A DNA stretch of 63,745 bases, filler included, from an uncultured Planctomycetaceae bacterium (GCA_963976765.1; 4 parts of 3 records of this genome joined end to end with filler, not necessarily neighbours in it), one strand, 5' to 3'; shown: positions 21,544-33,209, numbered from the whole stretch's first letter. A program made the numbers and translations. Notes: generated by a model from the letters alone, not told the origin.

Positions 21544-22656
21544 CTACTTGCCTTTGCCGAGAAACTTGCGGATCGACTCGTAGATGGCGTCTTTGCTGGG
21601 AATCTCAGACAGGACCAGGTTCTCGTGGTCGTCCGTCAGTTTTGTCAGCTCGCGGATGAAGTCGCCGGAACCGTACGGGCTTTCGACCTGCCCGTAGCAG
21701 TACAGGTTGCAGTGAACGATGATGTCTTCAATGAGAATCTTCAGACACTCGTTGTTGTCCTCACCCCAGTTGTCGCCGTCGGAAAACTGGAAGCAGTAGA
21801 TGTTCCATTCTGAGGGTGGGAACTCACGCTGGATCAGATCCCGGCAGACTCGGTAGGCCGAGGAAATCTTCGTGCCGCCGCTCTCTCTCGTGTGGAAGAA
21901 CGTATCTTCATCGACGACCTTCGCGGCGGCGTCATGGACGATGTATCGAGTTTCGACGCCGTCGTACTGACTGCGGAGCCAGGTATCGAGCCAGAAGGCT
22001 TCGGTGCGGACAATCTCTTTCTGCTCGTCCATCATCGAACCGGAAACATCCATGATGTAGATGATCGCCGCGTTCGATTGCGGCATCGGGATCGACTTCC
22101 AGGATCGGTACTGAAAATCTTCTTTGCCGGGAATGATGATCGGCTTTTCCGGTCGGTACTCATTTGAAGCGATCGATCGTTTCAAGGCTCGTTTGTAGGT
22201 TCGCTTGAAATGTCGCAGCGACTCTGGACCGTTCTGAGAAATCGTCGAGTACTTGTCTTTCTGAGACTGCACCGAGTCCGTGCCTTTGGGTTCGATGTTC
22301 GGCAGTTCGAGTTCTTCACCAAGCATCTCGGCGAGTTCTTCCAGAGTGACTTCAACTTCGCGGAAGTGACCGTCGCCAGGGTCACTGCCTGCTGCACCTT
22401 TGCCATCGCCCTGCTGCTGTCCACCTTTGCCGACCGATTGCCCGTCTTCGCCGTCCCCTGAGCCAACTCCGCCGGATCCTTTCGGACCATGCTTGAATCG
22501 AGGAATGTCGATATTCGGAACGGGGATGCTGACAACGTTCTTGCCCTTACGACCGAGCATCTCGCTGTGATTCACGTATTTCTTCAGGCCTTGACGCACC
22601 TTGCCCCGCACAATTTTTCGGAAGCGAGACAGATCCTGATCAATGTTACGAGTCAT
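21544..22656 (-). CDS. yeaH: DUF444 (YeaH/YhbH) vWA-like protein
   Basis: Gly-rich segment, [12 protein letters not shown]-like motif, [20 protein letters not shown]. Confidence 0.93.
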   Translation of the reverse strand: MTRNIDQDLSRFRKIVRGKVRQGLKKYVNHSEMLGRKGKNVVSIPVPNIDIPRFKHGPKGSGGVGSGDGEDGQSVGKGGQQQGDGKGAAGSDPGDGHFREVEVTLEELAEMLGEELELPNIEPKGTDSVQSQKDKYSTISQNGPESLRHFKRTYKRALKRSIASNEYRPEKPIIIPGKEDFQYRSWKSIPMPQSNAAIIYIMDVSGSMMDEQKEIVRTEAFWLDTWLRSQYDGVETRYIVHDAAAKVVDEDTFFHTRESGGTKISSAYRVCRDLIQREFPPSEWNIYCFQFSDGDNWGEDNNECLKILIEDIIVHCNLYCYGQVESPYGSGDFIRELTKLTDDHENLVLSEIPSKDAIYESIRKFLGKGK

Positions 22657-22714
22657 TCGTGTCCCATCCTTCTCCGACCAGTCCGTTTTCACACCGGACT
22701 ATCACCGTGCACGC

Positions 22715-22742
22715 AAAAACCCGGCTCCAGGTTGAAGCCGGG
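22715..22742 (-). terminator. Intrinsic terminator-like hairpin between prkA and yeaH
   Basis: Minus strand CCCGGCTTCA-ACC-TGGAGCCGGG then TTTTT. Confidence 0.65.
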
Positions 22743-22757
22743 CCTTCGATTATCTGG

Positions 22758-24803
22758 TCAGGCTGCTTCCTTGGTGTCCCCTCGGGCGAAGATGCTGGCG
22801 ACGTACTGCAGGACGTCGGTCGCCGATTCGTCGTTGTAGCCGAAGTCGCGAATCAGTCGAGATTTGACGATGTCGATCTTTTCCTGAGTGTCGGCATCCA
22901 CAACGTTGGACACCAGGCTTGTCAGTTTGATCGTGTCCTTCTGGTCTTCGAACAGCTTCATCTCGAGCGCCTTCTGTAGACGTTCGTTCGTTCTGAAATC
23001 GAACTTCTTCCCATCGAGAGAAAGAGCCCCGATGTAGTTCATGATTTCCCGGCGGAAGTCATCCTTCCGGGTGTCCGGAATGTCGATCCGTTCTTCGATC
23101 GACCTCATCAGGCGTTCGTCTGATTCTTCCAGTTCGCCCGTGAATTTGTTGCGGACTTTTTCGTGCTGAGTGTACGCCTTCACGTTGTCAATGTAGTTGG
23201 CACAAAGTCTGGTGAGTGCTTCCTCATCGGCGGCGATCGCTCGTTGAACTTCGTTTTTCACGATGTCCGTGTATTCTTCTTTGACGACCGCAATCAGTTC
23301 GCGATAACCACCTCGCGTGCTTTCGTCGCCGACCAGCGAATGGTGCTTCAATCCGGATTCCAGCTCTTTCAGCACCATGAACGGATTCAGGCTGGTGGCC
23401 GCCGGGTTGACAACCAGCGCGTTGGAAATCTTGTCCTGCACGTAGCGAGGCGAGATTCCTTCCATGCCCTCCCGTTTGACTTCTTTGCGAAGGCTGGTGA
23501 CGTTCTCTGTTGTGAAACCTGGCAAAGACTTACCGTTGTAGAGTTTCATTTTCTGAAGCAGTGTCAAACCGTGATGATTTGGCTGCTCCAGCCGAGTCAG
23601 CAGTGCCCACATCGCCGCCACTTCCAGAGTATGCGGAGCGATGTGTTTGCCGCGAACGCGTTTGTCGTTGTAGTCCTTTTTGTAAATCTTGATTTCTTCG
23701 CTCAGTCGCGTGACGTACGGAATGTCGATTTTGATCGTACGGTCGCGCAGAGCTTCCATGAATTCGTTGTTTTGCAGCTTGCGATATTCGGGTTCGTTAG
23801 TGTGTCCGATGATGACTGTGTCGATGTCCGTCTGCGCGAATTTCTTCGGCTTGATTTTGTGCTCCTGCGACGCGCCCAGCAGGTCGTACAGAAATGCGAC
23901 ATCCAGCTTCAGGACTTCGATGAATTCGATCATGCCTCGGTTGGCAACGTTGAATTCACCATCAAAGTTGAACGCTCGTGGATCCGAGTCCGAACCGTAC
24001 TCGGCGATTTTCCGGTAGTTGATGTCGCCGGTGAGTTCCGTCGAGTCCTGGTTCTTCTCGTCTTTGGGCTGGAACGTGCCAATGCCGATTCGATCCTGTT
24101 CGGACAGAATGATGCGCCGGACGACGACGTCTTCCAGGACACGGCTCCAGTCGCCGTTGTATTTTTCGAGACGTTCTTTGAAGACAAAACGACTGAGCGG
24201 GCAAATGTCGCCCACGATTTCGACATCGTAGTCGTCCGGCCCGCGGCCTTCGTTGAGCCAGCTACAGATGTCAGCCCGATGAGCGACCGGGATGAGCTGC
24301 AGTGGGTCACCGTTCATCGGATCCCAGGTGACGGAACCATCCTCTTCCTTCCAGCCAAACGCGTAGATGGCGCCTTCGTCGGTGCGACTGTATCGCTGAA
24401 GACCTCGTTTCAGCAGACGCGCGATGGTGCTCTTCGAACTTCCCACCGGGCCGTGCAGAAGCAGCACTCGCTTTTCGGCGCCGTACTTCAGAGCGGCACT
24501 CTTGAAGACATTGACGACGGCCATCAGCGGTTTGGTCAACCCAAAGATTGCGTCTTCGCCGTGGTTATCCGGGTCGTCGAAGAAGCTGTAGCGAGTCAAC
24601 TCTTCCTTGCCGTCTTCGACGGTGTACGTCCCGTAGGACATGACCATGTCGTAAAGACGCTGATGAGCAGTTCGCGTGGCTTTGGGATTTTTTTTCGCGA
24701 TGTCGAGGTAATCGGCGAAAGTCCCCTGCCAGTTTTCCTGCTGGTAGGTGTCGAGGTTCTGTTTGCTGGCAATCGCCTCGATAAGTGTGTGACCGTTCTG
24801 CAT
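22758..24803 (-). CDS. prkA: PrkA/YeaG AAA+ serine protein kinase
   Basis: Walker [53 protein letters not shown]. Confidence 0.95.
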   Translation of the reverse strand: MQNGHTLIEAIASKQNLDTYQQENWQGTFADYLDIAKKNPKATRTAHQRLYDMVMSYGTYTVEDGKEELTRYSFFDDPDNHGEDAIFGLTKPLMAVVNVFKSAALKYGAEKRVLLLHGPVGSSKSTIARLLKRGLQRYSRTDEGAIYAFGWKEEDGSVTWDPMNGDPLQLIPVAHRADICSWLNEGRGPDDYDVEIVGDICPLSRFVFKERLEKYNGDWSRVLEDVVVRRIILSEQDRIGIGTFQPKDEKNQDSTELTGDINYRKIAEYGSDSDPRAFNFDGEFNVANRGMIEFIEVLKLDVAFLYDLLGASQEHKIKPKKFAQTDIDTVIIGHTNEPEYRKLQNNEFMEALRDRTIKIDIPYVTRLSEEIKIYKKDYNDKRVRGKHIAPHTLEVAAMWALLTRLEQPNHHGLTLLQKMKLYNGKSLPGFTTENVTSLRKEVKREGMEGISPRYVQDKISNALVVNPAATSLNPFMVLKELESGLKHHSLVGDESTRGGYRELIAVVKEEYTDIVKNEVQRAIAADEEALTRLCANYIDNVKAYTQHEKVRNKFTGELEESDERLMRSIEERIDIPDTRKDDFRREIMNYIGALSLDGKKFDFRTNERLQKALEMKLFEDQKDTIKLTSLVSNVVDADTQEKIDIVKSRLIRDFGYNDESATDVLQYVASIFARGDTKEAA

Positions 24804-25298
24804 GGCACCTCTCCTTCCTTTGCGGAAGTGCTGTCCTCCCCGTCGCCCTCAAGGCGGAGTGGATTTCAGTGGAGAGCCGGCTGTCGAACGATCGACGCAG
24901 CATCAGCAGGTTTGCGTCAGCAGTTTAACGCAGGAAAAAGTCGGAGTACGTGGTCCGCTCATTCCGGCGTCACGTCGACCTGAGAGCCACAGTCGGCTCA
25001 GCAAAAATTGGCCAGTATGGGATCCTTCCCGCTCAACGCTCCGAAAGTCTCCATTGTCGGTTGGAGTCGCTGGTTACTCGTAACGGAGCAATCGTTGACT
25101 CCACAGGTGGCTTCCGAAACTGCCATCCGTCAGCTTAGTCATCTCTGGCGAAGCGAGTAAATACCAATTTGCCCGCACGGATCAGTACGTTGCTGCGAGT
25201 CGATTTGCTGATTGACTTCGCTCGAAACTGGCCGGCAAACCAAACATATCACGAAATAACCTCTCCAGGCTCCCACTGTGTCAGCTCAACTATTTCAG

Positions 25299-25349
25299 CG
25301 CAAAGACGCGAAGGTCGCAGAGACTCGCAAAATCTTTGCGTGCCTTTGC
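25299..25349. repeat. Intergenic inverted repeat built of CGCAAAG-like units
   Basis: CGCAAAGA-CGCGAAGG-TCGCAGAG ... TCTTTGCG-TGCCTTTGC. Confidence 0.5.
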
Positions 25350-25414
25350 TTCAAGCCTCAGTATGGTCGCGCAACCGTTGGCCTGTCGCAGGAAAGTTGT
25401 TCCGGACACTTTCC

Positions 25415-26782
25415 TTATTGAATCCGAGTCGCTCGGTATACTCGTGCGGAGCGAGTTCCGGCTGATAAGTTTCCAAGTGGTGAGTGTCCGGGAGCCAGAC
25501 TCGAAGTTTGCGGAGCAGGTTCTGGGTTCGCCGTGTCGGCGGTCGGCTCTGCAGGCGTCACCGGTTGAACCGGTTGTGGAGCCGTGTAGTTCTGTTGAGA
25601 CTGAGTTACCGGTGCCTGAGCACTTTGATTACCCGGCTGCGGCTGCGGCTGGTACTGGTATGGCTGAGCGACTTGCTGTTGAGGCTTCGGTTGCTGCGCC
25701 GGCACTGGCCGATAAGCCGGTCGGTACTGAGGCTGCGCGACAGGCTGGCGAACAGCGACCTGAGGTTGCTGGTAAGCCGGGGCCGATCCCTGATACTGCG
25801 GTTGCACACGTTGTTGAGAAGCGTAGTACTGTTGCGGCAGCTGCTGGTACTGCGGAGCCGGATACTGAGCAGCCTGCTGATTCTGGCAGCCGCATGGAGC
25901 TTGCGGGCGACGGAACTGCTGACCAGGTTGTTGCCAGGTTTGCTGTGGGGCTACTGAGTACTGCATCGGAATCTGCGGAGCGGAATTCATTCCGGTCGAG
26001 CATGACGAACAGCCACCGTTAAGTGGGTACTGGTTGACGACGACGCCTTCCATCACGAATTCATTCGTGACGCAACTTCCACAGGGGCTGCATGGCGAGG
26101 CACATGGGCTACAAACGGGAGCACACCACGACGAAGTACACGGGCTACAGCATGAACCGAGTGACGACAGCTTGCATCGTAGTTGGTCTTTAGCGTTCTG
26201 GATTTTGTATTTGGCAGCGTAGTACGGATGCGTGACTGTGCCCAGCAGCGAACTCAGGCCGCAACCGGTGGAACAGCACGATGTCTCGCTGCAGGAAGTT
26301 GGACAACACGGAGGCGGGCAACAGCTCTGCACGATGGGTGCGCAGCAGCCGGTCTGAATGATGTTCGAATCTTTGATAACACTCGACGTTTCAAAGCCCA
26401 TCCTGCGGACCGGCCCAGATGGAAACAAACCGGCTGACGGTACTGGAGTTTCCGCCTCAAATGGAGGCAGCGCCGGCGGAGTCGAAACAGAACTCGACTT
26501 TGCTCGACCCGGTGAGTAAGTCGAAGCAGGAGCCGGCAGAATCAATGGCCCCTCAGAATCAGGAACCGCTTCCAGTTTCGGTGGCTCATAAGGCTCGGCG
26601 TGAGTGCGTGGTTTTGAGTTGCGAAACGGAACGAACCTGTCAAACGACGGTACGGTTGGTCGCGGATAGTTCAGACGCGGAAAACCGTCGACGTAGTCAC
26701 GTGTGGTCTGGCAGCCAACCAGGCCGGCGGCGACGACCACACCGGCGGCAATGCTGACGCGCATGCGGATAGAGAGGTTCAT
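25415..26782 (-). CDS. Cys-, Pro- and Gln-rich low-complexity lipoprotein
   Basis: Lipobox LVGC; about 24 further Cys in CC/SPC clusters; Q/P/Y-rich C-terminal half. Confidence 0.8.
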   Translation of the reverse strand: MNLSIRMRVSIAAGVVVAAGLVGCQTTRDYVDGFPRLNYPRPTVPSFDRFVPFRNSKPRTHAEPYEPPKLEAVPDSEGPLILPAPASTYSPGRAKSSSVSTPPALPPFEAETPVPSAGLFPSGPVRRMGFETSSVIKDSNIIQTGCCAPIVQSCCPPPCCPTSCSETSCCSTGCGLSSLLGTVTHPYYAAKYKIQNAKDQLRCKLSSLGSCCSPCTSSWCAPVCSPCASPCSPCGSCVTNEFVMEGVVVNQYPLNGGCSSCSTGMNSAPQIPMQYSVAPQQTWQQPGQQFRRPQAPCGCQNQQAAQYPAPQYQQLPQQYYASQQRVQPQYQGSAPAYQQPQVAVRQPVAQPQYRPAYRPVPAQQPKPQQQVAQPYQYQPQPQPGNQSAQAPVTQSQQNYTAPQPVQPVTPAEPTADTANPEPAPQTSSLAPGHSPLGNLSAGTRSARVYRATRIQ

Positions 26783-27206
26783 GTCGGAAATGCCTCGTGC
26801 AATCGATGTGAGTGTTTCGTGGTGTACTTCGCCGGGGCATCGTGCCGCTCAGGAAGAGATGCACCTCGAACATCGACAGCAGGCAACGAGTGGCGGGAGC
26901 ACAACGCTGGCGAATTCACAACGAGCGACAAACACAGTCGGTCTGGCGCAGAGTTCCCACGGACAACTAATGAAGCCTCTGCACGCGATCTGAAGCCTGT
27001 ACCGGTCGTGTCGAGCAAGACCGATAATTCACGTCCGGTACTGCCGAGCAATCCGGTTCTGTCACCCGAGCCAGTCGCACGGTATCGCTGATGCGATTTT
27101 GTCCAGTGGGAGCCGCACAATTCTCTGGGATTGTCAGTCCCGCCCAGGCGGAAACCCAGTGAAACGGGAACGGAAGTTCGGCTTTTCAATCGCGGATGGC
27201 ACTTCA

Positions 27207-27264
27207 CACGGACGCTCAGGATGTATCACGAAGTCATCCATGCTTCATCCGTGAAATCTGTGGC
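27207..27264. repeat. Degenerate intergenic inverted repeat (CACGGA...TCCGTG-AAATCTGTGGC)
   Basis: Same unit type as the element at 33210. Confidence 0.4.
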
Positions 27265-27311
27265 TCATTTTGCTCGCCAGTTCAAAGGGCATGTTTCGAA
27301 TATTTACGACG

Positions 27312-27800
27312 TCAAATGCCCAGCACTGATTTCTTCCCGACACACCGTCGCCACGCAGAAAGCTGGCCGAGGTGCATTGCGGCGTGAGTGGTCACCAGAT
27401 GCGTGGCCAGATCCCCGACGGTGGGAAACTGCTCGGGGAAGAACGGCGTCTGGTTCGGGGCAGCGAGTTCTTCAACAGTCGCCGCTTCCAGCAACTCAAT
27501 CGCTCGCGCGTGAGTCTTCCTCATCATGTCGACGAGCTCCGCTTTCGTCGGATAGACGGACCTGTCTTCCACCGGCACCGATCCCGGCCCGAATGTTTTC
27601 ATCCAACCGTCGTCCGTCAGCAGATTCTTACCCAGCAACAACGCGACAAAATCGGAGCCAAGAGCGACATGACCGAGAATCCACGCCGGATGATTCATCC
27701 CGTCGTGCGGCTGCACGGCCAGTTGATCATCATCCAGATCCGCGACCAGTTTCTCGGCATATGCCAAAGTGAATCGAAATGCGGTCAGAGTGTTTTTCAT
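27312..27800 (-). CDS. DinB superfamily protein
   Basis: NHPAWILGH and THAAMHLGQL His motifs. Confidence 0.9.
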   Translation of the reverse strand: MKNTLTAFRFTLAYAEKLVADLDDDQLAVQPHDGMNHPAWILGHVALGSDFVALLLGKNLLTDDGWMKTFGPGSVPVEDRSVYPTKAELVDMMRKTHARAIELLEAATVEELAAPNQTPFFPEQFPTVGDLATHLVTTHAAMHLGQLSAWRRCVGKKSVLGI

Positions 27801-27838
27801 TGTGTTGCCACGTTGACAAAGATGGTGGAGCGTTGCCA

Positions 27839-28630
27839 TCAGTCGGCTTTGAGGTGGACCTGGTAGTTGCGGCGGTGGTCGTCGAATTCGATATCGATCA
27901 GCCCCATGTCGGCGGCTTCTTCGAGCAGCTCTGAGAAACTGGCGTAGCCGTAGTAGTCTTCGCTGAAGCCGGGGTAGACTCGGCGGATGACCTGCTTCAA
28001 CAGCGAGCCCCAGACCGGGTCGTAGTCCTGCTCGATTGAGTCCAGGACTTCGACCAGTCGTTCGCGGGCTTCTTCTTTGCGGTCTTTCTTTTTCGGATCG
28101 GCAGGGCGATCGTTTGGCTTCTTTGCCGGTTGCTTTTTCGGCTGTGGTCTCGGCTTTTGAGCAGCCTTTGCCAGGTCATCGTAATAAATGAACTCGTCGC
28201 AGTTGCCGATCAGCAGTTCGGATGTTGAGCTTTTCACGCCACAGCCGATGACTCGTTTGTTGTTCTCTTTGAGCTTGGAGACAAGTGGAGAGAAGTCGCT
28301 GTCGCCAGAGATCAGCGCGAAGGCGTCGATATGGCTCTTCGAATAGCAGAGGTCCAGCGCGTCGACGACCATGCGTATGTCCGCGCTGTTTTTGCCGCTC
28401 ATCCGGCTTTGAGGAATGTCGATCAGTTCGATGCCCTGGCCGTGGAAAATGCGAACTTCGTCGCGATAGTTTTTCCAGTCGCAATACGCTCGCTTGTAGA
28501 CGAGTCGACCTTTTTCAAGCAGCCGCTTCAACACCAGCTCGATCCGAAACGAGCCAGCCTTCATGTCTCGAACGCCCAGGGCGAGATTTTCGAAATCAAC
28601 AAAGACGGCGATCAATGATTCGTCTGACAT
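27839..28630 (-). CDS. NYN (PIN-like, LabA/DUF88) domain protein with a C-terminal OST-HTH/LOTUS domain
   Basis: VFVDFEN, GKNSADIRMVVD, SGDSDFSPL, PGFSEDYYGYASFSELLE. Confidence 0.92.
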   Translation of the reverse strand: MSDESLIAVFVDFENLALGVRDMKAGSFRIELVLKRLLEKGRLVYKRAYCDWKNYRDEVRIFHGQGIELIDIPQSRMSGKNSADIRMVVDALDLCYSKSHIDAFALISGDSDFSPLVSKLKENNKRVIGCGVKSSTSELLIGNCDEFIYYDDLAKAAQKPRPQPKKQPAKKPNDRPADPKKKDRKEEARERLVEVLDSIEQDYDPVWGSLLKQVIRRVYPGFSEDYYGYASFSELLEEAADMGLIDIEFDDHRRNYQVHLKAD

Positions 28631-28866
28631 GTGCTGCATCCTGCCGCGTGTGAAGAAGTGGCCGCGTAACGGATCAGTTTCTCGTAGACACTCCAACCAG
28701 TCTTTGAGTAATCCGTAGCCGTTGAGTTCGTGATTCTGCCGGCAACGATGCTCCGGTGACAACTCATTGGCGAATACTCACAACCTTTTCTGCTGTCACA
28801 TAAGCGGATACTTTTCCGTCGAATCTCAAAACACAGCCGTCAAAAATTTATCGACAGGTAACTACA

Positions 28867-31800
28867 ATGACTATCCCTCGAGCCTTCGCAATCGCCTTCA
28901 CGCTGCTCTGCGTGCTGAACAGGAGTCGCGAAATCTCCGCCGACTGGCCGATGTGGAGGCATGGTCTGGAGCGAAACGGAGTCTCGACTGAAGCATTGCC
29001 GGACACATTGAACCTGCATTGGTCGAGAATGCTGGCGACGCCCAAACCAGCCTGGCCGAACGAACCAAGGCTGCACTTCGATGCGTCTTACGAGCCGGTC
29101 GCGGTCGGCAAGCAACTTTTCGTCGGTTCGATGGTCGACGGCAGTCTGGCCGCATTTAATATCGAAACCGGGGTGCTGGACTGGCGATTCTATTCCGATG
29201 GTCCTGTGAGGCTGGCTCCGGCTGTTGCCGAGGGACGAGTCTACTTTGGATCCGACGACGGGCTGCTGTACTGCCTTGATGCTTCGACAGGAAGGATGCT
29301 CTGGAAACTGTCCGGCGCGCCGGCGGAGCGAGGACAACGGCGGCATCTTGGCAACGGTCGACTGATTTCGTTCTGGCCGGTGCGTGGCGGCCCGGTCGTG
29401 GACGATGGCGTCGTCTATTTCGGAGCGGGTATCTGGCCAACGATGGGCGTCTTTGTTCGAGCTGCCGATGCGGAGACCGGCAAGCTCCTCTGGACAAACG
29501 GAGACAGCAACGCGATCGAAAATCTACGCATTGATCATAACTACTCGCACGAGGGCGGAATTTCTCCGCAAGGCCATTTGCTGATTACCGGCGACACCGT
29601 CGTTGTTCCGAATGGTCGTTCGATGCCCGCAAGACTCGACCGCAAGACCGGCCAGCTGAAGTACTTCGTGCAAGGCTACCGAAACGGCGATAGTCGGGTT
29701 GCCATCAGCGGAGACATTGCCCTTGTCGGCGAGACGGGAGTCGTCAATCTGAATGACGGTCGCGAGATTGCCAGCTTATGGGCAAATGCCGGTGACAAGC
29801 GTCCGGAAGGCTGGAGCTGGGACTGGGATCTTTTTGAATCACCATTGCTGCCATACAAGTTCGATCCGGCCATCGACTATCGGTCGGCTATTGCGGACGG
29901 GATCGCTTACGGAGTCACTGACGGAACTGTCTACGCTTACGATCTGAAGAACTCAAAGACAAGCCGTTACGAGAAAGAGCAGAACGGAAAACAGCTGAAA
30001 CCGGCCCGCTGGGACGCTCCGTTGAAATGGAAACTGGCGACAGCGTTTGCCGGAAAAAAACAGACGACACGCAGCGTTATCATTGCCGGCAATCGGCTTT
30101 ACTCACACAGCGGGCGTAACCTGATCGCCATTGACCTGCCTGACTCGCCTGACAACGAAGCAGTCGTCACCTGGACTCACGAACTGCCCAGCGAACCAGG
30201 CAGCCTGATTGCTGCCAGCAACCGTCTGATCGTCGCGACTCTTGACGGAACGATTCATTGTTTAGGCGAAGGCATGCCCCAACCGCAGACGTATTCACGA
30301 ACGGTCGAATCAATCGCTGTTGCCGAACCTGCTGCCACGAAGTTGACGGCTTCGATTCTGAAAGAGTCAACGATCACTGATGGCTATGCCGTAATTCTGG
30401 GGTTGTCGGATCAGCAACTGGTTGAGGAACTGTTGCGAACATCCACGCTGCGTATCATCGCTGTCGATTCTGACTCTGCGAGAATCCACCAACTACGACA
30501 GCGACTGATAACGGAAGGAGAATTTTCCGATCGGCTACAGCTGATCGACGGAGATCCCGGCACGGCGGATATCCCGCCCTACATCGCCAGTCTCCTGATT
30601 GTCGCTGACGAGACAGTTGCGCCGATGGATTCCGATGAGCGGGTGAAGCGGATGTTCGAAATGCTACGTCCGTACGGCGGCACCGCTTGCGTCGTGACTC
30701 CTGATGGAGAGAACGCGAAGTTTCTGAGTCATGTTTCACCAGGTTTGCTGCCGGGCGTGAAGGTTCGCAGCATTGATGACATGGTTGTCGTTACTCGCGA
30801 AGGCCCGCTGCAAGGCAGCGCGATCTGGTCTCACGAAACCGGCGATGCGTCGCGATCGTTCTTCTCTCGCGATGAATTGGTGAAAGCTCCGCTGGGAGTG
30901 CTCTGGTATGGCGATGGGACGGATCATGGTTTCTACAAACGCAAAGATTACGGCCACGGAGTAAAGCCGCAGGTGGCTGGCGGTCGGATGTTCGCTCTGC
31001 AGATCGCGTCAAACACGCTGCACGCTGTGGATGCTTATACCGGGCGGTTGTTGTGGACTCGCAAAGTCGGCGGATCGGCACGCTACGTCTCGATGCCGGA
31101 AGCCGTTTACGTTGGTGATGAGCGGGAATGTCTCGTGCTTGATGCGGGTTCCGGCGAGACGTTGCACACTTCTCCGATTGACGTCTCGAAGCCGGACGAG
31201 ACGGCGGTCAGCGTGACGGATGTCCGAGTCGACGGAGAAGTCATTGTCATCGCCGTCCGGTTTAACAAAGAAAATTCGATCCCCAAAGGGCGTTGGAACA
31301 GCGAACTGATTGTCTGTCTCGATCGTTCTTCCGGAACGCAGCTTTGGAGCCGCGCGGCTGAACATCGCTACAACACAGCCGCGATCGCCGTTGCTGGCGG
31401 TCGAGTCTTCTGCATTGATTCTCATTCTCCGGAAGAAATCGGCGCGATGAAACGCCGCGGGATCGACACGACTGGTCTGGCGTCAACCTTGCTGGCCATC
31501 AACGATCGAACCGGCGCGGAAATCTGGAAGAAAGTCGTCAACGACCCGCCGGCCGTCATGGACTCGCTCCATTTTATGAGCCTGCGAACTCGCGACGACT
31601 GGCTGGAATACTCGGTTGACCATGACCTGATCATTGCTGGTAAGGACGACCGAACTTTTGCCGTCAACGCGACAACCGGCGACGAAGTCTGGCAGGCATC
31701 GATGCGAGGCAACCAGCCGCTAATCCTTGGCCCCGAAACCTTCATCAACCAGACCGGCCACACTTACGACGTGAAAACCGGCAAGTTGATCAGCGGCGCC

Positions 31801-32112
31801 GCCTTGTTTCGTCGAGGTGGCTGCAACTACGCCGTCGGAAATGTGAACCTGCTGTTTCTGCGCTCGAACTGTGCAGCCTATGTTGACGTGAAAACCGGAA
31901 AACAGTTCAACATCCGCAGCCTTCGGTCGGGCTGCAGCAACAGTCTCGTCGCGGCTGACGGATTATTGAACGTCCCGTGTTTCTCGATGGGCTGCGTCTG
32001 TAATTACCCCATCCAGACATCCTTCGCGATGCGTCACATGCCCGAAACTGAAGCATGGCTCGGCAACAATCCAATCAGGTTCGAGAGACCGGTCTCGACA
32101 TCTGCGGAATAG
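28867..32112 (+). CDS. Secreted PQQ-like beta-propeller repeat protein with a central methyltransferase-like domain
   Basis: Signal peptide, DWPMWR start, repeated LDAxTGxxLW blades, LRPYGG segment, RSGC...CxCNYP C-terminus. Confidence 0.85.
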   Translation: MTIPRAFAIAFTLLCVLNRSREISADWPMWRHGLERNGVSTEALPDTLNLHWSRMLATPKPAWPNEPRLHFDASYEPVAVGKQLFVGSMVDGSLAAFNIETGVLDWRFYSDGPVRLAPAVAEGRVYFGSDDGLLYCLDASTGRMLWKLSGAPAERGQRRHLGNGRLISFWPVRGGPVVDDGVVYFGAGIWPTMGVFVRAADAETGKLLWTNGDSNAIENLRIDHNYSHEGGISPQGHLLITGDTVVVPNGRSMPARLDRKTGQLKYFVQGYRNGDSRVAISGDIALVGETGVVNLNDGREIASLWANAGDKRPEGWSWDWDLFESPLLPYKFDPAIDYRSAIADGIAYGVTDGTVYAYDLKNSKTSRYEKEQNGKQLKPARWDAPLKWKLATAFAGKKQTTRSVIIAGNRLYSHSGRNLIAIDLPDSPDNEAVVTWTHELPSEPGSLIAASNRLIVATLDGTIHCLGEGMPQPQTYSRTVESIAVAEPAATKLTASILKESTITDGYAVILGLSDQQLVEELLRTSTLRIIAVDSDSARIHQLRQRLITEGEFSDRLQLIDGDPGTADIPPYIASLLIVADETVAPMDSDERVKRMFEMLRPYGGTACVVTPDGENAKFLSHVSPGLLPGVKVRSIDDMVVVTREGPLQGSAIWSHETGDASRSFFSRDELVKAPLGVLWYGDGTDHGFYKRKDYGHGVKPQVAGGRMFALQIASNTLHAVDAYTGRLLWTRKVGGSARYVSMPEAVYVGDERECLVLDAGSGETLHTSPIDVSKPDETAVSVTDVRVDGEVIVIAVRFNKENSIPKGRWNSELIVCLDRSSGTQLWSRAAEHRYNTAAIAVAGGRVFCIDSHSPEEIGAMKRRGIDTTGLASTLLAINDRTGAEIWKKVVNDPPAVMDSLHFMSLRTRDDWLEYSVDHDLIIAGKDDRTFAVNATTGDEVWQASMRGNQPLILGPETFINQTGHTYDVKTGKLISGAALFRRGGCNYAVGNVNLLFLRSNCAAYVDVKTGKQFNIRSLRSGCSNSLVAADGLLNVPCFSMGCVCNYPIQTSFAMRHMPETEAWLGNNPIRFERPVSTSAE

Positions 32113-32127
32113 TGGTATCGACGTAGC

Positions 32128-33069
32128 TTATTTATTCCTGGGCTTCCTGGCTGGCTTGGGATCCAGATTCGTGTTGAGGTCGGCTTCGGAAACGGCTGAC
32201 TCGATGCCATTCTTCGGGACGTTGACTTTCGCCAGCCAGACCATCGCGTTCAGAACGACTTTGCGGTAGTTGTCGTTGCCCCAGTTGTCGTGAAAGTGGC
32301 CGCCGGTAAAGCCGAATCCTCGACCGCCGTCTGGACGCTCGACTGCCCACATCATTGCTTCTGCTCGGCCTTTGGCCTGTTGAATGTGCTCGTACGGGCC
32401 TCTCGGATAAACGTACGGACCGTCGCGAACTTCGTCGTCAGGCGAGGCCACCAGAATCGGCACGAAGCTTGTGTTTTCGAGCTTGCCAGGTTTATTGCCA
32501 GGCACGTCCGAGATGAACCTCATGTTGAAGTACCACTCGTCCTTTATCTGAAAAGGCTCGACGCCCTGCGTGATCGGATGCTTTTCGAAGTGATTGAAAA
32601 CCGGTTCCCAGATCGGGTTGCACGAAAACGAATTCTCATAGTACCCACCGATCCAGCGTTTGAACTGCGGCCCGGCCTGATCTTTCAGAACCTCGACGCC
32701 GTAGTGCATGCAGCCGATGCCGACGCCTTTCGACGTCAACTCGTCGATCAGCTTCAGGCGGCGACCGTTTTCCTGAACGACTTCGTGCCTGCCGCCGCCG
32801 TCCATGTAGAAGACGACCGCGTCGGCGTCTTCGAAGTCCGACTCGTCCTGAGGCCAGCCGTTCAGCACGATTTCTACCTGAAGGCCGGGCACTTTCTTCA
32901 GGCACTTGTCGAGCAGTTGAACTCCGGCGTTGAACTCGTGCATGCGAGGAGGGTGAGACGGCTTGCCGGCGATGACGACTAACTTCTGCTGACCATCTTC
33001 GGCGAACACTGAACTCAGCGTCGTCAAGACGATGGTCAGGTAAAGGGTTGAAAGAAGACGCAAATTCAT
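32128..33069 (-). CDS. ThuA-like (class I glutamine amidotransferase-like) secreted protein
   Basis: IAGKPSH...HE, HPITQGV, DEWYF, GGRGFGFTGGHFH. Confidence 0.85.
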   Translation of the reverse strand: MNLRLLSTLYLTIVLTTLSSVFAEDGQQKLVVIAGKPSHPPRMHEFNAGVQLLDKCLKKVPGLQVEIVLNGWPQDESDFEDADAVVFYMDGGGRHEVVQENGRRLKLIDELTSKGVGIGCMHYGVEVLKDQAGPQFKRWIGGYYENSFSCNPIWEPVFNHFEKHPITQGVEPFQIKDEWYFNMRFISDVPGNKPGKLENTSFVPILVASPDDEVRDGPYVYPRGPYEHIQQAKGRAEAMMWAVERPDGGRGFGFTGGHFHDNWGNDNYRKVVLNAMVWLAKVNVPKNGIESAVSEADLNTNLDPKPARKPRNK

Positions 33070-33209
33070 GGTGATCCTCAGCGTTGGCGAGTGCGGGGGC
33101 GTTTACCTGCGAGAGTCGAATTCTGACTCGAAGAAGCTGCCGGGAACAGTCTACTGCCGGGCAACGTACGGTTGCGGCGAGACGCTGCTCCAACGACAAG
33201 AAAAATTCG

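Noticed and set aside
23163..24983. 606-aa plus-strand ORF and similar long antisense ORFs (844..1761, 1929..2813, 17255..18100, 37858..38940)
   Set aside because: Shadow frames of well-supported genes on the opposite strand in GC-rich DNA; no recognisable motifs
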